Assembly (NCBI RefSeq): GCF_009914755.1
Contig: NC_060928.1
Strand: one strand, 5' to 3'
DNA: 64,000 bases
Source of the DNA: the human T2T-CHM13v2.0 reference genome, Homo sapiens
In this document: positions 15,073-31,892 of the stretch, in pieces
How the letters are laid out: each line of letters begins with the position of its first letter
Position numbering within the stretch: the first letter of the stretch is position 1
Program-made: the position numbers and the translations under genes
The notes under the pieces: model-generated
Databases searched by the model: none
What the model was told of the DNA's origin: nothing
What the model saw: only the letters and a program-made list of their open reading frames with translations

Positions 15073-15523
15073 CCACATATTCATAAGAGCTAATATTTAT
15101 GGGATGCTGGCTATGTGCCAATTACTGAACTAAATGCTTTACATATATAATCTGATTTTATATGCATATTAACTTTGTGATTATTAGTATCTGTATTTAC
15201 AGAGGAGGAAATTAAGGCTTAGAGAAATTAATAAGATGAAGAGGTGGGATTGGAATCTTTTGGGCTATGGTGTTCATGCTGTCTCAAGTAAAACCTAAGT
15301 GCTACAAAGTAAAAGTACAAGAGGAAAGTATTAGAATATAAAACACAAACCTATGTTATTTTGCAGTTTGCACTAAAGTCTTGTTAGTAAACAACCTGTG
15401 AAACAGAAAATGTAACACCAGCCCTGGTTGATGATTAATTTTTTTCTTTAAAAAGTGGTGAGAATTTTGATTTTTAGATTGGAAACAATGAATGAAATTT
15501 GAGATTTTAGCACATGATTATAA

Positions 15524-15763
<240 letters not shown>

Positions 15764-16099
15764 TAAGCTGATTAATAGATATATTGTATTTGCATGTGTG
15801 TGAGATTTTCCAAGAAAAAAACCTACCTAATTTGAGATATTTTGGTGACTTCCCTTTTTTTTTTTTTCTTTTTTTTTTTTTGCCCCACCTGCCTTTCTTG
15901 GCCACATCTTGGTTATTTTCTCTAACTTATAGTCATGGAGAGGTACAATGTGTGTGTTTTCTGGATAACAGTGATTTTTTTTTTTTTTTTTTTGATAACA
16001 GTGATTTTGAGAGCAGATACTTAATTTCCTTATTATGGAAGTTTAAAAGAATTGTTTAGTACCTTTGATCGTGTATAACTGCTTTATGATTTATTCTAA

Positions 16100-17580
16100 A
16101 GTCCATGAATCAAGTCATTTTAACATGTTTATTGGAAACACTCTGAGCTAGGCACTGTTTTATGATTAGAAATACAACAGTGAACAAACCATCCCCAGCT
16201 TTCTTTCTGCCCTCACACAGCTTATATTCTAGTCAGGTAGAAAAGTAATAAAAGATGTAGTGTGTCAAAAGATAAGTGTTATGGGCAAAGGGAAGAGGAA
16301 TAGGGAGTTAGGGTCAGGGAATCGTTTCTTTTTTTTTTTCTTGTTTTTTCTAGAGATGGGGTCTTGCTATGTTGTCCAGGCTGCTCTCAGACTCCTGGCC
16401 TCAAGCAGTCCTGCCATCTCAGCCTCCCAAAGTGCTGGGATTACAGGCGTTAGACACCACACCTGGCTCGAGGGTCAGGGAATGGTTTCTAAAGAGCGTG
16501 GTCAGAAAAGCCTCAATTGAGAAGACAGTGCTTAATTGAGAAGACAGTGCTGGAGCAAAGACATAAAGGGGGTGAGAAAGTGAACCATGTAGATGTGGGG
16601 GAAAGAGTATTCCAGGCATTGGGAATATCATGTTCAGTGACTATATTATGCCTGGTGTTTTTGAGGAAAGTGGGAGGGACATGATGCGGAGTGAAGGATC
16701 TGAAGCCATAGTGTAAAGGATGAGATGAAGGAGGGGCTTCATCACATTAGTTCCATAGGCTGTTTGGTTTTTATTCTGACTGAGATGGGAATTCCTAGGA
16801 GAATATTGAACAGAGAGGTAAAATTATCTGAGTTAGATGTTTAAAAGGTCTTAATGACTGTGAGGGAGCAGTAGTAAAAGCATAAATATTGTTGTAATAA
16901 CCCATCAAAAAATGATGGAGACTTAGATGAGGCTAGTGCCTGTGGGAGGGATAATAAGTGGTTAGATTCTGGAATATACTTTGAAGATGGAGCAAGAGAG
17001 GATTTGTTGCTGGATTTCATGTGGGTTGGGAGATAAAGGAGTCAAGGATCACCCTAAGATTTTTGGCCTGAGCAAACTGGAAGGATGGAGTTACTAGGTA
17101 CTGAGATAAAGGTGACTGTTTCTGCTGTGGGTGGGCAAACACCTTTTGAAGGAAAGTCAGCAATTCATTCTTGAACATGCTATGATTGAGAACACTCCTA
17201 GACGTCTAAATGGAGATGTCAAGTAGGTATAATTAGATTTGGGACATTTGAGTTCTGGGGAGAGATTACATGTCTGAATTTACTAGGTGACAGAGTATTG
17301 GTTTGCTATTTAAAGCCATATGATCAGATGAAATCAGTGTAAGGGACACTAGTATAGTATAGCTGAAGAAGGGAAGTCCTCTTGGTTGAAATACTGAGGC
17401 TAGGGGAACTCTGGATTTTTAGAATCAGGGAGATGAGAAGAAACCTGTAGAAGGTTCTGAGGAGGAGCAGCTATTGAGGTAAAAGGCTACATGGTCTTCT
17501 AGAAGTTAAGTGAAGATAAAGTGTTGTAAGAAAGAGCAAGAGATCGGACTGTCTACTTCTGATAAGATGAGGACTTCATC
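16100..17580 (-). mobile_element. L2 LINE fragment containing an antisense Alu monomer (about 16325-16467)
   Basis: Purine-rich L2-like sequence (ttttggcctgagcaaactggaaggatggagtt); Alu left-arm motifs. Confidence 0.7.
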
Positions 17581-17679
17581 TTAAAATGAACTTTTCACAT
17601 GAAGCTGTGATAAACATGCCTAATTCTGAAATTTACTCCAAGATAAAATGTAGTGAAGATCCTGCATGGTTAATCCTGA

Positions 17680-19500
17680 GGAAAATTGTCATATTTTGGA
17701 AAAATTGTAGAAAAGTTGCAAAAAAAAATGCATTATCAACTCTCACAATCTTTTCAGAATTACCCTTGTTAGCATTTTCCCACAATTGCATTATCACTCT
17801 TCGTAAACAGCAATTACAATTACTACTGAACACTTTGCCTGCAGTATTTTCTCATTTATCTCCTAAAAACAAGGTCATTCATTCATTTGCATATTAACAG
17901 TAATATTTCAAACCCAGAAATACCAATTAACACTAGTACAGTACTATTATCTAATATACTTTTCATATTTCAATTTTGCCAGTTATACCAGTAATGTCCT
18001 TTAGAGCATTGCTACTCAAAATACTGATTTATAAATAAGGAATATGTCTTAGAATGCAAATCAGGGTACTGATTCCTTCACCAAGAATATCTTGCAGTGA
18101 AAAAAAAAAAACAGCTGAACTAAGCAATGTGCTCAGTAACGTAGTTGTTTACGTTCTGTTGCTAGTTCCTTATGTTGTCATGGACAGACTACAGTTGGAG
18201 AACTAGCAGTCAGTCCCTGGACCATATTTTCAGTAGTACTTTATGGTAATTTTTTTTTTACAGTGGATTTAGTTTGTCATATCTCTTTAAACTCATTTAA
18301 TCTGAAACTATTTCTCAGTCTTTTTCTGTTTCTCAGGATACTGACCTTTGAAGATAATAGGCCAGGTTTTTTTAGAATTTTTCTAAATTTGGGTTTAACT
18401 AATGTTTCTTCATGGTTAAATTTAGGTTAAGTGGAAAGACTACTACATACTACTACCTAAATGATCTTGTGTCGTCCTCAGTGTGTCATATCACCTTGAG
18501 GCATGTGTCAGGAGACACATGATATCCATTTGTCCCATTATTGTTGAACTTTGATGACTCAATTAACGTGGCCCCTGCTAGGTTTTGTCTGTCAAGTTAC
18601 CATTTTTCCCTTTGTAATAAATAAGTTATCTGTGGAGAGATACTTTGAGACTGGGTAATAGTCCTATTCGCTAGCCAGCTTTCACTCAGTAGTTGTAGTA
18701 TCTATTGATTTTTGTCGGATTAATTTATGATAATGATGGTGGGAAAATGTGGTATACTAACCAGTGTTCTAGAACTTAACACTTGTATTTGGTAGTCTGT
18801 AATGTTCCTTTTTCTCCCCATTTGTGCTTTTATTTATGTGGTACAATAAATATCAAAATGAAATTATAGATGTGTACTTATTCAGTGGTTTATAATTTAG
18901 TACTATTATTATTCATTTTGGTGCACAAATTTCTCAGTTTTGGCAGCTGAGGGCCTCTTCAAACAGGCTGTTGTGTTTGTTTGAGGGATTCCTATCATTT
19001 TCCTTTCTGGAACAAGGTATCCCAGACTTCTACTTCTCCTACCTCAAGCCTGAAATAAAAATTAGCAATTTCTCCAAGTAGTTCTGGTTCTTTTTAGTAG
19101 GAAATGATACTTGGAAATCTAGAAACTTCTTCTGTGTTCTTTCTTTGCTGCTGGTGAGGTAGGAATTAATGTCATTGCCCTTTCAGCAGAAGGACCTAGG
19201 AAATACTCGGGTGTAGGGGGTTGGAGTTAGGGAGAGAGAGAAGGAAAAATGTGAAAATGTGTGGTGTTTTTTTTTTTTAATCATTTGTTTACAGTGATAC
19301 TGATAATTCTAATCTATCACTACAGGTCTTTTCTTTGCCTCTCATTCTGTTTTCTTCTGACAGTGAGAACCCTGACTTCTACCAGTATCAGTATATTTTA
19401 CTAATCTGTTCAGTCATCAAGTATGCATAAAATAGTTTTAGAATAGCTACACCCATACTACTTGACCATTGAGGGTATACAGTCAATGCACTTGGATTAT
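17680..19500 (-). mobile_element. Old L1M (L1MC/ME-type) 3' fragments
   Basis: ttttccctttgtaataaataag ... tgtggagagatactttgagact is typical of old L1M 3' UTR; boundaries rough. Confidence 0.55.
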
Positions 19501-19958
19501 TAATTAATTAATTTAAATGTTTTGTTATTCATTTGAAATACCATTAATTATTTTGTATTCCTTTTAGGGTTTTTCCCTTGTTCTTTTCTTTTAAATTTTA
19601 CTTTCAAATATTTAAAATATGAACAAGATTCCAAAAATCAAAACTCTACAAAGGATATACTCAGATCCCTTACTCTCTTTCTGTCCCTTCTCCATTCAAA
19701 CCTTAGAACTAACCAGTTTGTTTAGTTCATTGTCATACTTTCGTGTATTTTTTTTTTTGTTTCTTACACAAAAGATAGCATACTACATGTGTGTATATTC
19801 ATTTGTTCTTTTATTTACTTAGCATATATGTATATATCTCCTGGAAATCATATCAGTTCTAGAAATTTTTATTATTTTTTGCAACTCCATAGTACTACAT
19901 TGTGTGAACATTCCTTATTTTATTCATTCATTCCCCATGTATGGGCATTTTGGTTATC

Positions 19959-20181
19959 ACAGTTTCTTAAGCTTGACATTTATTGACATTTGGAGCCAGA
20001 TAATTCTTTGTTGTGAGGTGCTGCCCTGTACATTTAGGATGGTTAGTTAAGTATCTCTGACCTCACCCCAGCAGATGCCAGTAGCATTTCCCTAGTCAAG
20101 ACAATCAGAAATATCTCCAGACATTGCCAAATATCCCCTTGCAGCAAAACTACCCCCTACCCCAACTTTGAGAACCCACTG
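19959..20181. mobile_element. MER20 hAT MITE
   Basis: attgacatttggagccagataattctttgttgtg ... ctccagacattgccaaat ... ttgagaacccactg. Confidence 0.85.
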
Positions 20182-21254
20182 ATGTGTATGCTAGAAACTC
20201 TGGCAGTAGATAAAATCTCCTAGGAAGCATTCATAGACAAGAAAGAACTGAAGGCAGAATCCTAGGTAGCTTCAGCAGTTGAAGAAGGTGAACAAAGGAA
20301 GAAGAGCCTGTTACAGAGATTCAGAAGGACAGGCTGAAAGGTAAAAGGAAAATCAGAAGTAATGTTGCAGAACCCCTGAGGTGAGGGTGGGGCCAAATTT
20401 TCAAGGATATGTTTGTCAACAATGTACAGGACAACACAGGAAAACTTAGATAAGCAGTGAAAAGTTTTTATTCCATTCAGCAGTTTAAAAGACATTATTG
20501 TCCTTAGTGAGAACAGTTTCACTGAGTGGTTGTGCGAAAGATGTAAAAACAATAAGTTTGAGAACTCCATAAGAAAGGATGTAGAAAATCAGTCTAATAA
20601 AATCTGTGAAATGGAGGAGAATGGGGTTTTTTGTTTGTTTTTTTTCTTGCTGCTGTGTCCACAGTGCCCGGAAACCCTGGCACATGGAATTAATTGAATT
20701 AATGCAGTCTTGAGCACATTGCCGATTGGGGAGGAAGAGCTTATGAAGAGAGAAAAGATTCAGGAGAAACATAGTAGATAGTTAGAGCAGAGTCTTGTAG
20801 ATGTAGAAAGGGCTAGAATGCCTTAGCAGTGAGAGGGGACTTTGTCTTTAACAGGAAGGAACTTCTTTATCTGAGACTGGAAAAAAGAGCAAGTGGTCAA
20901 CTCTGTTGTTCTTACAGGTTTTTTTCTTCTGTTTTTAAAGTTTCAAGCACACAAGAAAATGAAATAGTATATAAAGAACACCTGTATACCTTCCACCTAG
21001 ATTTAACAGTTGTTTTCCTTATTTGTTTATTGTGTCACCTATTATTATTTTTAGCTGAAGTATTTTAAATTACGGACATCCCAGCATTTCTCCCCTTAAT
21101 ACTGGTTATGTATCTGCCATCTATCAATGAACAATTCTCTAATATCATTTAACTTGTACCTTAGGTTCAGATTTCATGTTTTTTATAGCTGATTTTTTTC
21201 AAAACCAAGATCTAAATTACATTTGGCTATTAGGCTTCAACTGTGTTAATCTAG

Positions 21255-21626
<372 letters not shown>

Positions 21627-22134
21627 GGTTTTTCTTTTTCTTCATGACATTATTTATTTTCCATCACTTGTATTTCCTGTAGTCTGGAAGATAAATCCAA
21701 GCCATAGTGATATTCATTGTCAGCATCAATATTTATTACATCATGAGGCACATGAATTTGTTAGATCATTGAGTCTGATCACTGGATAAAGGTTGTGACC
21801 ACCAGAAGAGTAAATATCTTTGAAAGTGGTTATCCAGGGCAGGAATTATAAAAGGATTTTAACCTGAATGCTTTCATTTTCTCAGTCACCTAAGAGGCAA
21901 GGTCAAGTAGGGAGCAGGGAATATAGAGAGGCATAATGAAAATTCAAAGTTGAGTACATCAGGAATGAGAAGTCTAGGTATAATAATGCAAAGGAAATGC
22001 ATGTGATTGTCCTCAAATATTTGAAGGACAGGCATAGTGATAAAGGAAGAGGTTTATTTGCCTCGTTACTTTAGAGCGGTTTCTCAGAGCTGATCTCAGG
22101 AAGTCAACCTAGAAGCTTTTGAAATACGTACACT

Positions 22135-22461
22135 GGCTAGGCACGGTGGCTCACACCTGTTATCCCAGCACTTTGGAAGGCCAAGGCGGGCGGATCGCTT
22201 GAGCCTAGGAGTTCAAGACAAGCCTGGCAGAAACTCTGGCAGTAGATAAAATCTCCTGGGAAACATGGCAAAACCCTGTCTGTACAAAAAACACAAAAAT
22301 AGCCAGGTGTGGTGGCAAGCACCTGTGGTCTCAGCTACTCAGGAGGCTGAGGTGGGAGGATTGCTAGAGCCTGTAAGACAAAGGTTGCCGTGAGCCAAGA
22401 TGGCACCACTGCACACCAGTCTGGGTGACAGAGTGGAACCCCGTCTCAAAAAAAGAAAAAA
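22135..22461 (+). mobile_element. Alu (AluJ-type) carrying an insertion of about 29 bp of non-Alu sequence
   Basis: Alu dimer; non-Alu segment at 22229-22257. Confidence 0.92.
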
Positions 22462-23380
22462 CACACATATTCTGTTCTTTGGAAATTTGCTTTTAGATGT
22501 TCCTAGGCATCACATGTTGTGCCATAAAGGACACAACAGAAATAACATGAGTACATATAGAGAAATTGCATATTCTAGATATGTGTCTAAGAGAGCTATT
22601 CAGAAATAGAATTAGCAGCATAGCAAAGTCTGAGTTCACTAATGTTAAGATTATACCTAAGTATAGTCCCATCTTGCTTTCATTCTCTGATCTCTATAAC
22701 TTACATTCATTTGTTACTGTTCTAGTTCTGATCTCTAGAGTGCCTACCATGTTTGAAAACCAAAATTTCAAAATGAGATTTTTTTGTTTAGGGAATAAAT
22801 GAGTAAAATTTGACTCAAAATGTCTTTTATAAAGGATAAACATATGAAGTTAAATAGAACAGGAATAAAGTTAGTTGTTGGAGAATAAACCCTCATATGA
22901 AATAAATATTCCCTGTTTGCTGAGGAAATGTTTTGTTTCTGGCAGAGATTCCTATATTCAATGGGACCATTCTGATTTTAGCAGTTAGATCCTGATCACA
23001 CCTAGGTAGGCCTGAAAATTACTTTATCTTTGTATCCATTTAATCTTCATAATTTCTTAGGAGTAGCATAACTTCGTCTGACATAGAGAGTATTGGTGAA
23101 AGAAGATGAGTAAAGAGGAAGTGGGCATGCAATAAATGCGTGTGAGTCCTAACAAAATAAATGCTAGGAAGTTCCTTTTGTTCGTTTCCATCCCAGCTCA
23201 GGGTTGAGATTTTTTCAGTGTATACTGATGTTGGTAATGCAGATTTTTCACATAACTACACTGAAATGGAAAAAAAAGGTCTCTTTCTGACAAGTATAGA
23301 TTGCATTTACTATTGAAAAGAACTGCAGATGTGTTGTACTATGTATACACATAGACACTATAATGAAATAACATTAGTAA

Positions 23381-23665
<285 letters not shown>

Positions 23666-24693
23666 TAGTCATTTTTCTAAAGATATCTTACGTTTGAAGA
23701 TATTAACTATTAAATCTAAAGGAAGTAAATGCCAGACATTTATTTATTGAAAGTCTTAACTTTTTAATAGATGAGGTTATTTATTTGTAAATAGTGCAGT
23801 AATTAAAGCCTTAATAGCGAACATAGGTTGTGAGTTTTTTTGTGTTTGAATGTTTCTAAAATGCATAACCTCCCCATTTCCATTAGAAATACTCAGAAAT
23901 GTCAGGAACCACCTCACACAACTGTGACAAGGGTTTTTAGTGGCATTTAGTGCCCTGAAGCCAGCGATGCTAAACACCCTGCAGTACTAAGGACAGTCCA
24001 TAACTAAGGATAGTCCTGCCAGTAGCACTCTTGCTGAGAAATATTGATTTAACTACAGAAACAAAGGAGTATAGTTGAAATGTAAAGTGATGTTTAGGTA
24101 TCTCTAATTATAAGAGTAAATAAAAATTGACCAATTTAGTTTTAGGTAGAGAATAAATTTCTGAAGATTAATAAACAGTCTGTTCCTAGCTCTGCCACTT
24201 ATTAGTTGAATTATCTTAGGGGAATCATTTAATTGCAGGTCCTTTGTATTTTCACCTTTGTATCTGTCTTCGCTGCTACCACTACCAGTTCTCCTCCTCA
24301 CCATATGAGGCTTAGGAGTTACCATATCTGTATGGACTAGGCAGGTAACTTTGAAGTGGTAGAGACTAGTATACTATAGAGTACATATTCTTTTTTAAAG
24401 GGGTAGCTGCTGTCTAGCTTCAGCAGGACATGGCCATGTGAGCTGTCAGTGATAGCCCATTTTTACTGGATACTCAGATTTTTCAAATAAAGCCATAAGG
24501 CTGGATTTTTATTGAGGGTTGGTCACCACTTTAACAGCTATATTCCTATGCCTAAAATCACCCATTTAAAATATACAATTTTGTGGTTTTTACTATATTT
24601 ATGAAATAATGCAACTGACTCCCAAAAGAAACCTTATATCCATTAGCAGTCACTCTCCAGTTTTGTCCCTCTCCCAGTCCCAGGCAACCACCA

Positions 24694-24725
<32 letters not shown>

Positions 24726-26417
24726 GCTTATTGTGGATATTTCATATAAATGGATTCAGATATGTGATATTTTGTGACTGGCTGCTTTCACCTAGTGGAA
24801 AAGATTCATCGCTGTTGCAGGATGTACTTTGTTCCTTTTAATGCTAACTAATTTAAAGAAAGATAAAAATAAACATGCTGTTCAAGCCAAACAACACATG
24901 TCTGTGAACCATAGGTGGTCCTGTGCCTGCCAGTTTAAGTGTAGATTACATTATTTTTAATCTATGTTATTTTTGACATGAATCCACTGGATTTTTTTCC
25001 ACCCAGATCATTTTGATACCATCTTACTATTAGCTAAATGAAACTTTAGTGATATCTTGAGTCTACATTTTCTCTGACAGCAGTGTTACTTGTCTGCTAA
25101 TGTGAATTTTTTTTTTTTTTTTTTTTGTGGAAACAAATGTAGACATGAGGGCTAAAGTATTTTAAAGCAGTAATAAGGAAAGAGCTTCTAATAGAATAAA
25201 CATGGAGTATTAAAATATTCAACATAAAGGGCCAAATCTCAGTTTAAAAATACTTTCACTTGATTGCCAATTTTTAATGTAGTTCAGAGTTTTTTTCTTG
25301 TAAAAATCTTTCTAATTTTGTAATTTTATTGGAAAAATAAGATTGATATGCATAATTTCCCTGAATGTTTCATAAATCAGTATCTGAAATTGTGTAATTT
25401 AGTATATCACACACTCCAGAGCACTCTCTTGAAGTAATCTCTATTTCAAGTGATCCCCTTCAGTTCTAGAGATTTAAAGGTAATGTTTATAAATTACTCA
25501 ACAAAAGGTTTTAAATCCATGTAAAAGAATTCAAGAGGTTGTGAAATAGTTCTAGGCTTGCTAAGAATATCCTTTGGCTATTTTGAAAATGAAGAAGGCC
25601 AATAGGATATATCTTAGCATCCAAGATTAGGAAAAATTAGTGTGGAAGAGAGCACTTTGATTTGAGGCTACTTGATTTAATACAAAAAGTAGCTTATTTA
25701 AAAGTAAGATCTTTTTAAAACAAGTAACTCATTTGAAATATGGGAAGCTATAATAGGAGAAAAATAGGGGATTTTAGTTTCTTCTGAAATCTAAAATTAC
25801 TGAGCAGTATAAAAACAGTATATTAGAATGATGTCATGCAAGCAATATATGCATATGTTCTTGAAAAGATTCAGACAATTCAGAAATAGAGTAAAAATTA
25901 AGAGCCCCTATCCCATTTATCTCGAGCAGTATTAGATTTTTTTAAAAGAGCAGAATTGTCCTTTTTCCCCTAGAAATTAAAAAAAAAGTAAATAGATGTC
26001 TGTCAGTCTCCTCTTTCCCCTTTCTCTCTCCATCTGACACACACACATACACAAACGTGAGCATGCACACACAGGCACGGAGTGGCCTGGACATGTTAAG
26101 TAGGAAGTTTTGTGTAAAACTTTGTAATTAAAATAGCAAAAACCTAGAAAATACTGTATATATGTGATTGTGTTTTAATTTTTCCTTTATAGTAAGAATG
26201 AGTCAACCTGATACATTTTAAAATATGCTTAAAATTCAGACCTTTTACATAAAACAGATTTTCTGAAAATTTATCATAGGACTTAATGAACTTAAACTAT
26301 GACACACATACTTTCCTGTCATGTTTATATTTAATATGTTTGTTCTTAAATATTTCAGTAACTGAAATAATTCTTAAAGTGCTGATTTAAAACATTAATC
26401 TTTTCTCGTTCTGTTAG

Positions 26418-26603
<186 letters not shown>

Positions 26604-28021
26604 TGAGGTATTAATAGTTTCACTGTTTTTCCCTAAAAAGGGAAGAAGTTTCTCACTGATAATTTTACTGCTTTTCTACCAATCAAATCTTGTAACAGTG
26701 AAGTTTTGTAGGATATATTTTCTCTCTTTTTAAAGTATAATTTCTAGTTGCATTGTGGTTTTATTATAGGTTTACGAATCTTAGTAGGAACATAATGTCT
26801 TAGGGAAAGTCGTAGCTGGTAATCAACATTCCTTTAGTAAATATTTTTTCATGTTTCAGGGGCTTGGGATACAAAAATAAATGCATTTGAATGAGCTTGC
26901 AATATAGAAGCGTGTCCAGTTTTTTAATAAATGCTGACTCGATTTTTTTTAACTTACACATACTAAAAAAAAAAAAAAGTAAAAATCACCTGACCCTACT
27001 ACTAAAAAAGTATTTAAATAGTGAAAGCAAACCCACACTTCATTAACCACCCTTAAATTATAACCACCTTTTATGTCATTCTCAACTTTTTTCCTGCTTA
27101 TATACACTGGCATACAACACACATACATTAGGTTACAAAATGTAAATATATTGGTTTACATCTTTTAAAAAATCATATAATAATTTGTCATGGATAGCTT
27201 CACATTCCTCTGTGACTACCCACAGGATTAGTTTAACTGTTTCCCTATTAGCACTTACGTTTTCATTATTTCATTATTATAGCACTAAAGTAAATGTCCT
27301 TATACATAAATAGAACAAAAATTTCTGTTATTTATATAGGCTAAATTTCAAACTAGGATGTTCAAGCAAAGTGTATGCACATTTTAAATTTTAATATGTA
27401 TTTCCATGTCCTTTTGTTAAAGGTTATGCCAGTTTATGCTTTTATCAACAGTATGTTTCTGAATGCTCATTTTTCTAAGTGGATTCTTACTACTATTAAT
27501 TTTTTCGAGGTTTAAAATATGTACAAAAATACAAAACGATGTGTTCCCATGGACCCATCATTCTCCAATAATTATCCACCTCATTTTTCTTCCACTAAGT
27601 GGCCTGTATTCAAGTAGATTCTACATAAGATTTTTATTTTATCCATATGAAATATTTTAAACCTTTAATTTCCTCCAGTTTGAGCAAGGAGACAGTATTT
27701 TGTGGGTGCTACCTACAGTGTATCAAGATTCTTTTTTGTCTTCTATTTATTAATAGCTGTGTGACCTTGAGCAGTGTTGCTTGACTCTTCTGTCTTTGTT
27801 TCCTTAGCAGTAAAGTAGTATAATAGTGCCAAACTCAAAGGTCGTTGTGAAGAACTAATAATGTATACTACTTCTTATGGTGCCTGGTACATAGTGAGTG
27901 CATACCAAATGTTAGCAACTATTTGTTTAAGGGTCATCTGATGATTTAAAAAAAAAGTTAGAGGTGAATGTTAGCTGTGTCTTCCTCATTATTTCGTCCC
28001 TAGCACTTACTTTAAAAGCTT

Positions 28022-28110
28022 CTGAGCTAGGATTGTGCCACTGCACTGCAGCCTGAGTGACAGAGCAAGACCCTGTCTCAAAAGAAAGAAAGAAAGAAAG
28101 AAAGAAAAAA
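28022..28110 (+). mobile_element. 5'-truncated Alu 3' end with (AAAG)n tail
   Basis: ccactgcactgcagcctgagtgacagagcaagaccctgtctc followed by (aaag)n. Confidence 0.85.
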
Positions 28111-29031
28111 CCTCCTGAAAAATGATACGCTCAGTGAACATTTGTTGAGCTGCAAAATAGCTTGGGAAGTTTTGTAGCTTCCCAATACATTCTTGCTCTC
28201 ACATTATCTCATTAGTCCATAAACATTTCATTAAAAACAGGTTGTGGAATTACTTTATTCCACGGTGGTATCTAATCTTTTTTCTCTTGAGCAATTCATC
28301 TTATTCAACTTATTCATTAATTTCACAAATATTTATTATGCTGCTTTTACTAGGTAGCACAGGCTGTGGCTTAGGTACTGAGGTTACATGAGGAAACAAA
28401 GTGGATACAACCTCTGCCGTCATAAGAGTTTACAATCATTAAATTTATTTAACTTCAGCTGAGCTTTTTCTTATTCCATTGTACTTCAGATTATTTCAAT
28501 TAAAAAAATGTTAAATGGCAAATTACAAGGAAATAAAAAATTAGGATTTTCTGGTTTTTTAATTAAACTTCCATGCTGCATCATGGAACGGACAGAACAG
28601 TCTTATCAGACATCTTCATTTTTAGTGTAGTGCACTTTGAGGTAGTATATAGAATGACAGGTTTGTCTAACCTTGAAGATAAGGTTAATCTTCAGTATAC
28701 TATGTTATTGAGACAGGAAACTATACTTGCCATTTTAGGACAGTTTTCAACAAAAGACCTTTTTAAATACCTGTAAGTGATCTTTAACAGATCCAGAAAT
28801 TGTGACAGTTCCCATTGTTTCTTTTAACCACAAATTGCAGTCTTACAGACAGTATCATCCTGCGTATTAAACACTAGGGATGTTTTTATGCTGTTTGTTT
28901 TGAAAGTTTTTGTTTTTGAATATGAAATTACAGAAACAAAAAAATGTATATCCAAAGTTTTTACTCTACTTCAGAAGATAAGAGTACGAATTTATTGATG
29001 TTGTCCGGAGTCTCTCTAGCTGCCCTGTTGT

Positions 29032-29343
<312 letters not shown>

Positions 29344-30355
29344 TCTGTTCTGTTCTTTTTAGGAAAGAATTCAGCATGTCTAGGTGATGTGGCAAGATTA
29401 TCTGGTTTGAAGGTTTTTTTCAGACTTAAAATATTACATTTAGAATATTGTGGTTAGTGTTTGTAGTGACACAAATACTCTGCTTTAAAATGTTAATAAC
29501 ATTCCATTTTTATTTTGTAATAGCCATGTTAATGAAATTTTTAAGCTGACATGTATGTATGTATTTGAGCTGCATAGTTAGGGCTCTGATATAATTAATG
29601 CTGAAATCTTAAACCTTTGTAGTCTTTAGCAGGTGCTTTCATAGTAGCACAGCAATATGTCTGACAAACTTGTTCTCTGAAAGCAAAAGTATTTAAGAAG
29701 TAGGTAAATATATACATAATGTATACAAGCATACATAAGTAGCATATGTAGCTCTAGTTTGTTTTCTTCCAGTCACGACAATATGCAGATTTCCTGTTAC
29801 TGCTGTACTCTATGTTATATTCTCTTGTTTTTACATTAAAAGCATTTGTTGCTTAAGCTCTCTGTATCTCTATCCTCCTCATTTGTGAAATAAAAATGTT
29901 ACCTACTTTGTAGGTTTGTGTGTGAAAAGTAAATGAAACAATAGTTTATAAAAGACCTTGTGCAAGGCCTGGTACATAGTAGACTCAGAAATTGCTGGTT
30001 TCTGTGATGGTATTCAGATAACTTACACTTGGTGGGGGTCAGCTTTATTTCACTGCTCAACACTCAGCCACTTGGAAGAATCCCTCCCTCCTAATGTTGC
30101 TCTGTAGAATTACTCATCAATTTAGAGATGTATATTTTTAGATTAAATAATGTGATGGTTTATGAATATAGTATTACAGTGATTTCTACTTCTGAAAGAC
30201 TGCAAAGAATGTTTACTTTTTTTTTCAATTCAGTCATATGTAGAACAACAAACACTGGGCCTGATATCAAGAGAACTGTCTAGTATTCATTATAATACAT
30301 TTTTGCCTTTGTTTTATATTAAATTGATTTTTTGCTATTTCTGTGCAAAGTTTGA

Positions 30356-30816
<461 letters not shown>

Positions 30817-30859
30817 TAATTGCTTATCTCTGCCCTCTTCATTACATTGGGTTCTCTGA

Positions 30860-31045
30860 ACTGTGTGCGTGTTCATCTCCAAATTTCCCCTTTTTATAAG
30901 GACAACAGTCAGATTAGGTCCCACTCTAATGACCTCATTTTAACTTGAGTGTCTCACTGATGACCCTGTCTCCAATAAGGTCACATTCTGAGGTACTGGG
31001 CATTAGGACTTCAACATTTGAATTTGGAGGGGACACAACCCATAA
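30860..31045. mobile_element. MLT1 LTR fragment
   Basis: ttttataaggacaacagtcagatt ... aatgacctcattttaacttga ... ggtcacattctgaggtactggg. Confidence 0.8.
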
Positions 31046-31496
31046 TAGTGGTGTTTCCAGAAGCAGGTGGATAGGGAAGGCAAATTCATACTTAGAGCAG
31101 GTTATCTGTTACTATATCTTTCATGATGAATCGTGAAGGTGTAATCATCCTGCCACCAGACAGTTGACTGAATCTCCCAAGGAATGGTGCTATAATGGGA
31201 ACTCGTTGGCCTCTGTTCCTTGCAGGTTGAGCACTGACCGTAACAATAGCCAGATTAATCTTGGTGTAGAAAGTCTTACCGTGTTGACTTGCATGCACAG
31301 ACTCAAGCCCAGTTGCCATGGCCATTTGTAAATGGGCCTATTGAGCAGGCATTCAAGTGGCTGTGGACTTAACTGGTGTTCACAAAATGGATGATCTTGT
31401 ATACCTGATCTTTAAAAATTTTCTCTGCCACGTGTGCACCCTTGGCTGAACATTCACACAAACACCGTTATCCTTCTATTCTATTCTCAGGATAAC

Positions 31497-31892
<396 letters not shown>

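Noticed and set aside
24239-24344. Possible 106-nt cryptic exon (ttgcag ... CAG|gtaact) in intron 4
   Set aside because: The acceptor lacks a pyrimidine tract and sits in MIR-like sequence; such pairs arise by chance.
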